From positions 3,362,213 through 3,426,212 of the forward strand of contig CM082589.2 of the NCBI GenBank assembly GCA_040954595.2: a DNA stretch of 64,000 nucleotides, given 5' to 3'. Positions 44,901 to 55,851 of this stretch are shown here, piece by piece (the stretch's first letter is position 1; each line of letters opens with the position of its first letter). This stretch comes from Balanoglossus misakiensis (lineage: Eukaryota > Animalia > Hemichordata). The notes under the pieces are model-generated. The model did not search any database. It saw only the letters and a list, made by a program, of their open reading frames with translations, and was not told where the DNA came from. Position numbers and translations under genes: made by a program.

Positions 44901-47805
44901 AGTGACGTCATGGCCGACCAGGGTTCGCGAATCTAGAGCAACGCGCCGCTGTGCCGATTTTTATGAGAGAATTTTCCACTCGATATAAAGTTCGGAATCT
45001 GGAAACGTCGAGTTGGAGATCAAAGATGTGGATAAGGTGATCGTAAAAAGAGAGAGTGCTCGACAGAGTAAATTAATATGGCCGCGGTGTGACGGATATT
45101 ATCGTACATGTTTAGATAAGAAGTGACGATACATGAAGCCGTCTGTTGGTGGCGTATCTGCGAATATCGTGAGAGAGTCTATATGGCAGAGTCTATATTG
45201 GCGAAACAGTAATTAAATTCTTGCATCTGTAGCCCATTTTTACAGAATACCATAGGCACAAATAATGAACTTTTTGGTCGTACCTTACTAGCTAAATAAA
45301 TTAAACATCACATGATTATCTTTATAGAATAGGGCTAAACACACGCGTACGTGTGCGCGCATGTAAGGTGCGCGCTTGGATGAAATCTCACCCTTGTAAC
45401 TGTACGGACAAAGTACAAAACAAATCCTGACAATCTTTACGTGTAAGATGGTGATTCCAATTCCACAACGTTAAAAATCTTGCTGGCCGATTTCCTTTCC
45501 ACTGTATTATCCAATTTGCGTTTTATTGGGTCGTAAAATGGCACCCGGTTTCGAAAGGCGCAATTTAATGGCGCAAAGCTTATGGCGGGAATAATGCGAC
45601 GGTGTCTTTTAGCATGTGTACTTTTTTCAGGGTTGGTCGGCACTATACGATTTCCTTTGACAAATTGTGACTGGATGTCGTAACCGCAGCTGCGAAGAGA
45701 AAGTCATAAAGGGAAGATTATGATTTAGCGCCGCGGGGAGTTGAGGAAAAGTGTCCCTGCGTTGGAAAGTAATGGCGAACTCGTTTCGCAATCGTCACAG
45801 TAAATACCCCGTAGCACTTTATTGCATTATCGAAATTGGCCATTTCCCGGGCTTCCGCAGGAGTCGTTCTGGCTCAGTCCTCCATCAGACTTTTTTATAC
45901 CTTCGCAGTTTGGCGGGAAACACTGAACTGTTTGCTGCTGATGACACTCTGCTAAGGGATATCTCAGTAAAACGCGCCGTGGGTCCAGAAAAGGAGACCC
46001 ATTTTCACAGATCAGCAGTTCTGCTCGACACATTGCAGTGTCCAGTCATTTTATGTCCTATCAACTCCAAGAAGGGAACCATGCCAGGCCGGTCACTTGT
46101 GCAATATTTCACGCAGTATCCCACCCGCAATAATTTTTGCCAACTCCCTTAAAACGAGTAGTTCCAGTTTCACCTACAGTAAAAGGAACGGATTATAAAC
46201 GACAGCTCAGCACGTCGACATACCTACATTTGGTGACCCTCACCTTATCAAACCATGGACTCCCGCTGCTTTCTAGTTTAATTTCCACCCGTTATTAAAA
46301 TTTAAACGGATGTAGCGTTGACATTTTCGGACACGGCGCGCAGCCATTCAACAAAGTCTAATTACTAACGACTGCGGGATTTACAAAGTTAGATTTAAGG
46401 TCAACGTGTCCGTACATAAGTGAGTTTATTTCGTCTGTTCACCGACGTCCTATCAAGCTAGCGATAATTAAAAAACAGAACGAACTGAAAATTTTATTTG
46501 AAGAGGATACTATGCACTTTCAGTTAAAATCAGCGGAATACGGACACGCGTACATGTATATTGGAGACCCGAGCGTCGTGAATACAGATTGGTTCGTTAT
46601 TTGCTCTCTCAATATTGTGTCCTTAGTACGTGACGTTTATTGAAGGTCCGCGATGAGGATTTCTTTATTGAACAAGGCACGAAGTACCACTGTAACGGCC
46701 GCCTTTTGAAGTGCGCGCTTTGGAAACATAAAAACTATAGTCCCTATACAATATGGAACGTGATGAGGTTTGAAATTTGATGAATTGAATGTCATAGGAC
46801 AACGTTCGTGTAATCTAACAGTAGGTTATGAACTGTCGTTGGTGCGTAGTCTTTTACGGGAACGTCAAAGGTGCCCAAACACCTGTCAACTCGGGCTAGG
46901 CCTAATTTTCGACGACTCAAGCTTGTTTTTCCCAACCCAGCACTGTAACAAAGTGACTCGATTATGCCTGCGTCAAGGTTTGTCGCTATCTGCCTGCTTG
47001 ATGATGTTTTCGTCTTGGAACGAGGTTGAGGCGAATGTGTTCGGAACGCAATCGAATCGTATTACGTTCTAAATGCCCGATTTTCCAAGTAATCACTAAT
47101 CCCCCTTTCTTTGCGGTTAAAAAGTTAAAATTGAATACATTGTATACGTTCACTGAAATTCCAGCATGTATCTTGGTTGTTGTTACGGACGTGGAAGTAA
47201 TAACATGTCAAATAGCGACACCAACGACGACTCGGAGGTTTTGTATTCAAAACTAAGCGACTTTGCAAAGGAATACGAGGTATGGCTTGTTGTCTTGTAT
47301 CAGCAGAAGGCTAGGCAACATTACCCTTAGCAACATATAGTTGTGGTTTAGCCTGTGCATAAATAACATAAAATAAAACAGCAGATTTATTACAGATGAA
47401 TACGACATCATGAATTTATATCACAAAACAATTCTAGCTTTCAAAACTTCTTCGCATTTCCTTTTAGATCGGAAGCGCAGTCTATGATACCGAAGTTTAT
47501 TACAAGGAAATCAGAGGACTTTTCAATTTCTGGCGAAAACGAGACTTTCTCTTGTCGTCGCCCTACGTAATATCCGTGTCCTACGTAAGTATACCCAATT
47601 TCTCACTTTTCGTCAACATTACTCTTTGTTTCTATAAGTTTGGGACTACAGAATTGCCTGATATTAGTTTATTGATTATTTTTAGGTCGTCAAATACTTA
47701 TGAATACTATTGGTGTGATATTGCTTCGAAAATTGTTCTCTATATCATGTATATTGTAATTAAATTGGCGTTCATGTCGCGGATTCCAAGTCACTTAGTC
47801 GTCAA

Positions 47806-47820
47806 AGCGCCCTCTAGTCG
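47806..47820 (-). promoter_or_regulatory. Candidate CTCF-binding motif
   Basis: The reverse complement CGACTAGAGGGCGCT closely matches the CTCF core CCACYAGRGGGCGCT. An adjacent TGACGTC (CRE-like) site lies at ~47839. Confidence 0.45.
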
Positions 47821-48352
47821 TGAGATGGGTCCAGTCAGTGACGTCGCAAGACACGTCACATCCGGTAGTTCTCTCTCTCTCCTCTGCCATCGGTAGCTGT
47901 GGACGTGTTCTCACACCGTCCGCGACGAAACACTCATTTGAGTGTCTACAAACCTTTCTAGCCAGGATATGCAGCCATTGAATGGTCAAGTTTATCCTCA
48001 CGGTCCTCCTCGATACTAGTTTATTGGTTATGGGCGTGCCATTTGCCGAGTTTTCGAGTTTATCGGCCGTGACAAGCTGAAGGGCTATAGGGCTTCACTC
48101 CTTCGCCATGCTGGCTACCGCCGTACCGGCTACTACACGTACACGTGTTGAACATTTTGCTGCTTGATGTGACTGGTTTAAACCTGCGCCGCCGAAGTTT
48201 CGGGACAATTTCAGAAGTCCGTGGCAATTGTTGTGGTGGTGGGGTTGGCATTGCATTGGTCGGGAAGAAAAAAACAACAGGGGAATTTTTGGTACGCGAT
48301 ATGTTTGGGTCAGTTTGGGCGACGAACGGGGCGGGGTTCGAGTAAACTAGAA

Positions 48353-48854
48353 TCGATCATTGTCTTCGCAGACTTACTCTGGACACGGTACTTCTTGCCG
48401 AATTACCTGAGTCTATTTTGAATAGTCTCGTATAGGTAATTAGTAATCTGTGAGCACTGATCGATTTAATATCAGTTTAGTATTAATTGTAAACACAAAC
48501 GACGTAGGCAAATCTTTGACGGGTAAACATTCGAAAGCTCTGTCGACTACATTATTTACCCCCAAATTTCCTCTGCCATTGGCCAAAAATGGCTGGATGC
48601 ACAGATACGCGCATATATATATACGTCACCGTTGGCAAAATACCCGTGAAATTTTTTTTTTTCTGGGGGGGGGGGGGCATATCATGATAGAAAGTAGGAA
48701 TAGTAGTCGATCATCGTCTTCGCAGACTTACTCTGGACACGGTACTTCTTGCCGAATTACCTGAGTCTATTTTGAATAGTCTCGTATAGGTAATTAGTAA
48801 TCTGTGAGCACTGATCGATTTAATATCAGTTTAGTATTAATTGTAAACACAAAC
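48353..48854. repeat. Near-perfect 148-bp direct repeat x2 with a 206-bp spacer
   Basis: 48353-48500 and 48707-48854 (tcgatcat(t/c)gtcttcgcagacttactctgg...ttgtaaacacaaac) appear to differ at about 1 position. Confidence 0.95.
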
Positions 48855-49909
48855 AACATGAATCCTTATGTCTCTTGTTGGTTTTGACAGGACAAAAATG
48901 AAGACTTTAGAAGTTGCACAATCAATATGTTCTACTATGATCTAAAAATATCATCTAAATCAAACCAGGAGTTGTTCAAGTTTTCACTTATACCATGCAG
49001 CAATAACAAAGTATTTCATGTGAGTAATATACATGTACACATGCATTCTAACCTAATTATTTAGACAGCAGGGACAAGTCTTGTTTATAATGAAATATAG
49101 ACAGCATAGTCAAAGGCTGATAATATGTATCTAGGCGTTACTCATTGGCTAGCTTATTTAAATGGGTAGCTCGAAGTTTGGTAGTGAAATCACGAAAATA
49201 ATGGAAAAATGGCAGCCATTAGTGTATAACAACGGCCATTTTGTTTTCATTCCCTGTAGAAGAAATTAAAGTTCAAAGTCACTACCAAAGGTGCCAGTGA
49301 CTACAGAAGGTTGGTGGACGTTATCAGGGTCATGGCAGAATACGCCAGAACGGCCAGAGAAACGACATCGAGAGCCGTTGAGATGGGCATCAGTGAGACA
49401 TGACGAGAGTTCCCTTCCCTTCATTGCAAAATTTGAGCTATTCAAGAGGGATACTAACACTAGTGTTCATTCATGGACATTGTATGTTTCTGTTGTGGCA
49501 GACACTTCAACGTAAGTGCGCCACTCACGGTCAGATAGTAGCTTCCTCTTGTCTTGATTTCTGGTAACAATAAGTACAGTTCTTTCATTGTTTTCCGACT
49601 TATTCAGTGATTTTTTTATTAGATTGTTGAGTTTAGATATTTGTTTTTTGGACAAGAAACTGTACACACAAGACACTTCAGTATATAATGAATATGAGGC
49701 ATTGTATTTTCATTTTTGTACTTTGTAAACATGATGTATAGAATTGATGTTCAGAATGAGTGGAAACAAGAACCAATTTACAAAAAAGTATTGCTTATCA
49801 AAAATTCCAAAATTTTGATTAATGCTACATTTATTGGAAAAATAACTTGCTCTTAGAGATGAGTCATCCATCAAACATGAAAACTCAAAATGTTCCAAGC
49901 TGCTAAATT

Positions 49910-52360
49910 TCACATGAACGCCCACTGTTCGTCTGTACTGTCTTCGTCTTGAAATTCTTCATCGGAAGTTTTGACCATACTGCTTCGCGGAGTCGATGCA
50001 ACACCGTCGGACCAATCATCGTAGTTCGATGACAATGGCCTTGAACTTGAGCTACTGTTGGGTGGCGAAGCACTTGTGAATGAACTACAGTCACTGCTGC
50101 TTGAAATCGGCCTCTCGGTGTTGAAAGACAACGGCCGCTGCCACGACAACGGCCGGCGTCTGCGTCTCCTGGTAACCTCGGCTGGTCCGCCATCTTCTTC
50201 CCCGGCGGAAGTGACATCATTTCGATCGCTTTGCAGAAGCGCGAAACGAACGCAGTGTGTGCCAGTCTTGGTATTTCGGGATGGAGGGCTGTGTCGACCA
50301 CTGTCGTCGCTGCAAAGCGAACTTTGTGATGTGCAATTCAATCGCTGTGAGCCACTCGAGTAACCGGCATCTTTATCCTCCCACGTGACCATGTCAGAGA
50401 TTGTCAGCTTTTTCTGTGGGTGTGCCTGATCCAAGTTGCTCACATCTGATGGTGGAAAATTGCCTTTGTCAACTGCACCACGCTTTTTATCGGATCTGTG
50501 GCGATCCCCGCAGACTTCTTTTGAAGAAAAAAGTAAATCTTGTGGTTCACCAGACGTCTTTCTCGATAATTTTCTTCTGAAGTTTCTTTTGCCTTTAGTT
50601 CCGCCCAGACGTTCAGTGATTGTTTCCCCCACATAACCGCCTGTCCTCTCGCCTTTCTGATTTCTGGGCAGATATTTCTGCCCGATCACAGTCTCTGGCA
50701 TTGACAGTACGACGTCATACACAGAATAAACTTGATATTCCTTAGGAGGGGACATACTGGTGGCGCTTTTTTGTTCGTCTGACATTGTGTCGGTTGGCGT
50801 CTGCCGAGCAGCGCTCTCGTCACGTGGAGGAGAACTGCTCTCCTGAAGAGATGACGTAGCTCCTTCTTGTCGTTTCTTCTTCTTCTTGGGGTGATGACAC
50901 GTGCACTGTTGTTCGTCGGTGCTCGGGGGTGTCTGACTTTGGTTTTCGCGCAGCAACTCCAGATTTGGAATCCCTTGTCGGGTTGGTGGTGTCGGCCTTT
51001 GCTGTTGTTGATCACTTTGCGATGAAGTTGCCGTGTTGTCCGATGCCACAAGTTCACCTGGCGACGATGGAGATTCCTGGCTTGAGGGATAATCTCGAAC
51101 TTTATAGGCGCCAGACTTCTCGCTCTTTCCTCTTGAAATGTTGTCGTAGCTTGGTGGCAGGGTCTCCAGTTCAATCTCTGCTACGGCGACATCTGAAGCT
51201 GGTTTAATATTGTCGCGTCTACCGTCCCCCGTCGGTTTTGACTCCGAGGGCTGATCTTGATTCAATGTCCACACGGCTTCCCTCGTCAAAGAGTCGTCAG
51301 ACGAAAGATCTGCTTTGCGATACGACTTGTCGGCAGAAACGTCACGTGACTTGCTTTGTCTATGTTGCGGTTTCTGTTCAGTCGCACCTTGTTTCTCCGT
51401 GACGTCACGCTGTTCGTCTTCTCGCCGTTTTCCAGTATTAAACTGTAGGCGAGGTGTTTCTTTCACGTCTTGATACTGGTTCTGTCGCTCGATGAATTCC
51501 TCCAACTTTTGTTGCTGTTCTTTAGTAGCTCTGTACTGCCCGCGCCCCTGTTGCTGTTGGCGAGTCTCAGGCTGCATCAGGCGTTGTTGCCCCATTTCGA
51601 TATCTTCGTATCCTTTCCGTTTGGTTGATCCCTTTGGGTGGACCTGGTCTTGTCGTTTACAAAGTAAATTATAACCTTGACCTTGTGAGACTCTTTTTGA
51701 ACTCTTCTCGCCAGCTGCAAAATGGTAATGAAAAAATACGTGAGAAAAATAAAGTTAAGGCTTGTTGAGACTTGCTTTGGATTCAGTAACAATAAAAGCA
51801 CAAAAGCTCATTCAATGCTTCCTCGATATCGAAGTGCTGAAAAATGCCTTGGAAAAATCAAAAGTGAAATCAGCCAGTAACTTCTCACCTCCTGCTTTGT
51901 CCACGGCTGTTGGATCATAGCCAAGTGTGTAGATTGTCCGGATCAACACGTGTTTCTTTCGGGTAGGCCTGTCGTGCGCCCTCGCCAGATAGTACAGTCC
52001 GAATGAAAGTAAGAGTAACAGAGGTGACGCCACTGAAAGACAAATGTGAGATAGTCTTTATGGCTGAATGTCTCTGGGTGGACATTACGATTACATGTTG
52101 TGTCCACATCACCACATTTACACAGATAAAAACTTGATCGAACCACGTGACTCACCAATGAGAATAAAACCAAGAGTACGGTATGTTTGTCGAATCTGGT
52201 CATTATCATTTTCCAAGAAACTCAAGATCAGCATAAGGCTTCCCCCAAGTACCCCAAGAATGCCAAAGATCATCAACGTTCCCATCAGGCACTTGATGCC
52301 TTTGGGCGGTTCCCATAGACTGGTCGAATTTATCAGATGAGCCTTCACTTTGCTTGTCAT
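49910..52360 (-). CDS. Uncharacterised membrane protein: two N-terminal TM helices plus a ~620-aa low-complexity/disordered tail (~717 aa, 3 coding exons)
   Basis: Exons 52360-52156 (MTSK..LMGTLMIFGILGVLGGSLMLILSFL..TLGFILI|gtgagt), 52032-51889 (VASPLLLLLSFGLYYLA..|gtgaga) and 51714-49910 (in frame into the 561-aa ORF) total 2154 nt with phases 1,1. An upstream acceptor near 52381 implies a non-coding 5' exon. Confidence 0.82.
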
Positions 52361-52515
52361 GATGATGTGGATTTATGTACCTAGAGCACAAACGAAAAAA
52401 AAAGAGTAGAAGATGGTTTATTGAATAACATTGCTTTATATACTTGAGGCGCTGCAGAAATTATGAGTTTGCATTTTAATTGTTTGTTATCACGAAAGTT
52501 CAATTGTTAGTTAGC

Positions 52516-52636
52516 GCGATGCGAGTGCAATACTCGCTTGTGTCTTGGGAATATCTACATTGAATCACACGGAGGTGCGATGCGAGTGCAATACTCGCTA
52601 GTGTCTTGGGAATATCTGCATTGAATCACACGGAGG
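52516..52636. repeat. Tandem repeat, 61-nt unit x2, each with an internal GCGAGT...ACTCGC hairpin
   Basis: gcgatgcgagtgcaatactcgct(t/a)gtgtcttgggaatatct(a/g)cattgaatcacacggagg at 52516 and 52577. Confidence 0.95.
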
Positions 52637-53011
52637 CCACGAGTTGTGAAAGTTTACTTGAAGTCACGACACTCATTTAATGAGGCTTGCAAACTGACAC
52701 TCTGACATGTATAACAGACTCAAACCACAGTCTTCATCAAGACAAACATCTGTTCATGTCGATGTGTCGTTTGGAAAAAAAACGACCTGTTGCAAAGTCT
52801 GATTAATGGTAGCAGTGGCTTGTCATCGCCAGGGATTAGTCCTGCATTACAAGCAGAGGTCAATATCCCTTCATATACACAACTTCTACGGTGCAATGAC
52901 CACAACGTATCATCTCAGGCCTGACTGCTTAGTAAGGGAGCATTCATTATTTATAGGGGGTGGGCCGGGGTGATTCAGCGTACACCTGGACTCTAAAATG
53001 TGACCCTAAAT

Positions 53012-53100
53012 GTGGTGGTTTTGGTGGTGGTGGTGGCGGCGAGGGTGGTGGTTTTGGTTGGTTTTGGTTCTGGTGGTGGCGACGTGGGTGGTGGTGTTGG
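53012..53100. repeat. Degenerate (GGT)n low-complexity tract
   Basis: gtggtggttttggtggtggtggtggcggcgagggtggtggttttggttgg... Confidence 0.85.
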
Positions 53101-55029
53101 TTTCGTGAGATTCTCTCAAATGAGCAAGTTTTTGGTCGTGCAAGTGAAATGGTGTGGATCGCTTTACCAGAAACCCAATTGTTAAGACTTATCAACTCAT
53201 CATAGACCGTCAATTATTGATTAAATCCTGTCTGCCAGGGCGTTAGCGAGGAGCATTTCAATTGTCGCTTTATCCTATGCTCCGGTGCCATCCCCCGACG
53301 TGACCTGCATTGGGTGTGATTATTGACATTCTGAATTCTGACGTTTCCATGGACTAAACGACAGCGCTAACAGCTGCACGATTATAAAATGACTGAACAA
53401 CCGATTGGAACAAATAAATTGACTTTCAAGCAAGTTGCTTTTCTGTGAAGGTTGTTTGATTCTTTGAAAAATAGAACTGAGAAAGATGTAAGTGATTAGT
53501 TAGAAATAACATGTGTTACTGACAGAGAAGGAAAAGATAGCGAGGATGTGTTTGCAAGATTTCTAGGTTGCTGAATAAGACTGGCGACATCTGTCAGTGG
53601 GACTGACATTAGCGGACGTCGAACCAATAATTGATCATTTACTTGTTAGTAAGTATGACAAACACGCGGTGTCACTCGGGTCAAAATATCAGGTCATTCA
53701 CTTCCGTCGTGTATCGAAAGCACGGTTATTTGAAAACCCAGTTTTTCTCTGGTACACTTCCATATTTATGTATCTCGTGTTTTAGACTAAAACTTCACCC
53801 TCATGTCACGTGGCTGACGTGACGTGGACCTTCTGCTATAATGGAACTCCTGCGCAGACCCCCCTGCACCAAGCATGCATTTCGTTGCATTTGCAGCGTG
53901 CATGCGCGTATGTCCACCACCTTGATACAAATACGGCGTCTTGCAACTTGCTGAATAAAAGTTTACCTCCGCAACCCTAAGGGACGGCATTGCCGAGGAA
54001 CGGTAGAATTAGACTGAATATTAATCTGATTATGTGCTGATATGTTGCTTATTTGCCCTGATAATATCTGCACTTCTGTGTAAATATTAACCAAGTTGAA
54101 CCAAGGTTGTTGGCGCTATGTTAACAAATGTTCAGCTTCTTAAGAAAACTATTTCCTCTTTCCATCCTCATGTAATACGATAAAAATAATCGTTTTTAGG
54201 AGCGATAATTTTCGCACCTAGAAAAAAATTCATCATCAAACACTATTAACCTGACAATTTGTGTCTAAATTATGTGTTCTGCATTCCACAGCCCTAACCC
54301 CGTCGAAATTAATTATCAACTGTGCCAACTATTTTATATGTCAGTATCTCACATGTATTGAATAGTTGGATGCGAAGCAGAATCGTGCATGGAATACAGG
54401 ATCTAGGACAAACGACAAAGCTCTTTTTGATCAGTAGACCATATTTTCATGTTCAGGTGATTGAAAAATTCTCGGAGCAAAGGAAGTGTGGTTAAAATAT
54501 TCGTGTTATTAAATCCTCACAGCAGTGGGCACTGTCTCTCATAAAATTCCCAAGTTTTCGACATAGTTATTTACAGGAAGTGCATGATATTTTAAAAACT
54601 ACATGCGAAGTCAACGCATTTCATGCCATTCGAAAAATGATATACAACTTGAACTGAAATCGCGCGACTTATATAATGCACGGCACTCTGACCATTGTAG
54701 AAAAACAAACAAAACTTCCATTCTTCGCAACGGAGAAACACGTTGGCTTGGTCAACAACTCTCTGCTCTCGAAAGTTTGTCTGCCAAAAATAAACGAAAT
54801 TGTACTTTGCACTTTTAACATGCAATACCTGGGTACTAAATAAACAGTTATTTACCTTGTGAAAAGTGGAACCGGTTTGGTCGCTGTGGCAGTTATGGTA
54901 GCGGTCAGCATACGCCTCCGTATTGAACCATGCAAATGAATTCATGTACTTATTAACACTGAGGGTATTACTAATCGGGGACCTCGTTAAGATGTAAAAC
55001 TTTGACTGTAATCATGTGACCGAAGATGA

Positions 55030-55095
55030 CTGATGGAAATAACTGGTGACGTCATTTCACACATGCGCAGATATTCATCCAACATGGCGGACCAG
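55030..55095 (+). promoter_or_regulatory. Likely promoter/first exon of the syntaxin gene (CRE site, YY1-like AACATGGCGG, strong donor)
   Basis: TGACGTCA at ~55047, AACATGGCGG at 55081-55090 and donor CAG|gtaagt at 55095/55096. The next acceptor is at 55687/55688, upstream of the syntaxin ATG. Confidence 0.6.
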
Positions 55096-55851
55096 GTAAG
55101 TTTTGTACGCCTATGACACAGGACGATTTGCTTGGCGTCTGATTACGCTCTTCTAGGAGATTTTTGTACCTTGTATAATTGAATGACGAGTGTAAGATGT
55201 CTGTGGGATTAAAACTAAGCAGTTTTGACAGATTTACTCGACGAATGTGAAGCGAATCCGGCGCAGCTGTCCGGCGATAACGTCACTGTAGACTGGACGC
55301 ATCATTCAATCATTGATCTGCATCCGGTTGTTGAACATTTGATACATACACATCGCGCAAAGTTACCGTGATCATCAACAAGGCAGCTAAATCGAGAGTG
55401 TTACGTGTACTGCGGGATTGTCCGCTTTCGCTAATCATTTTGGGAAATAATGAGTATCGAAAAAGGGTGTGTTTATAATTTCGGTTCCGCGTCCACGTAC
55501 CGAGACACATGTACAAGGCACCGCCCATTTCAAACTATGATTTTTAGTACGTTCTCGTGTTATGCTAAATCTAATTTGCGAATATATGACCACATCAACA
55601 GATATTTAATAGGGTTTTAAATTTAATTCTCTACCATGAATGGCGTTCTTTTAGATTGAATTCTCACCTACTTGTGTTCTCTTGCAGTGTTTACAGTAAT
55701 TACACAGCCAAGGACACATCAGAGAACAAACCCAGGAAGTTCAGCAGTCAGGTCACATCACATCGTTGACTCTCGGCATTCCAGTCTGTGACAGACAGCA
55801 ACACACAGTACAGTAAAGTAGGACAAGACATCACAATTAAATCGGGGCAAG

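Noticed and set aside
29000-49800. Dozens of 60-150 aa ORFs in the GPCR intron and upstream region
   Set aside because: No recognisable domains, transposase/RT motifs or coherent exon chains apart from the segments reported.
52947-53213. Pro/His-rich and Gly/Trp-rich ORFs
   Set aside because: Products of the degenerate (GGT)n tract.
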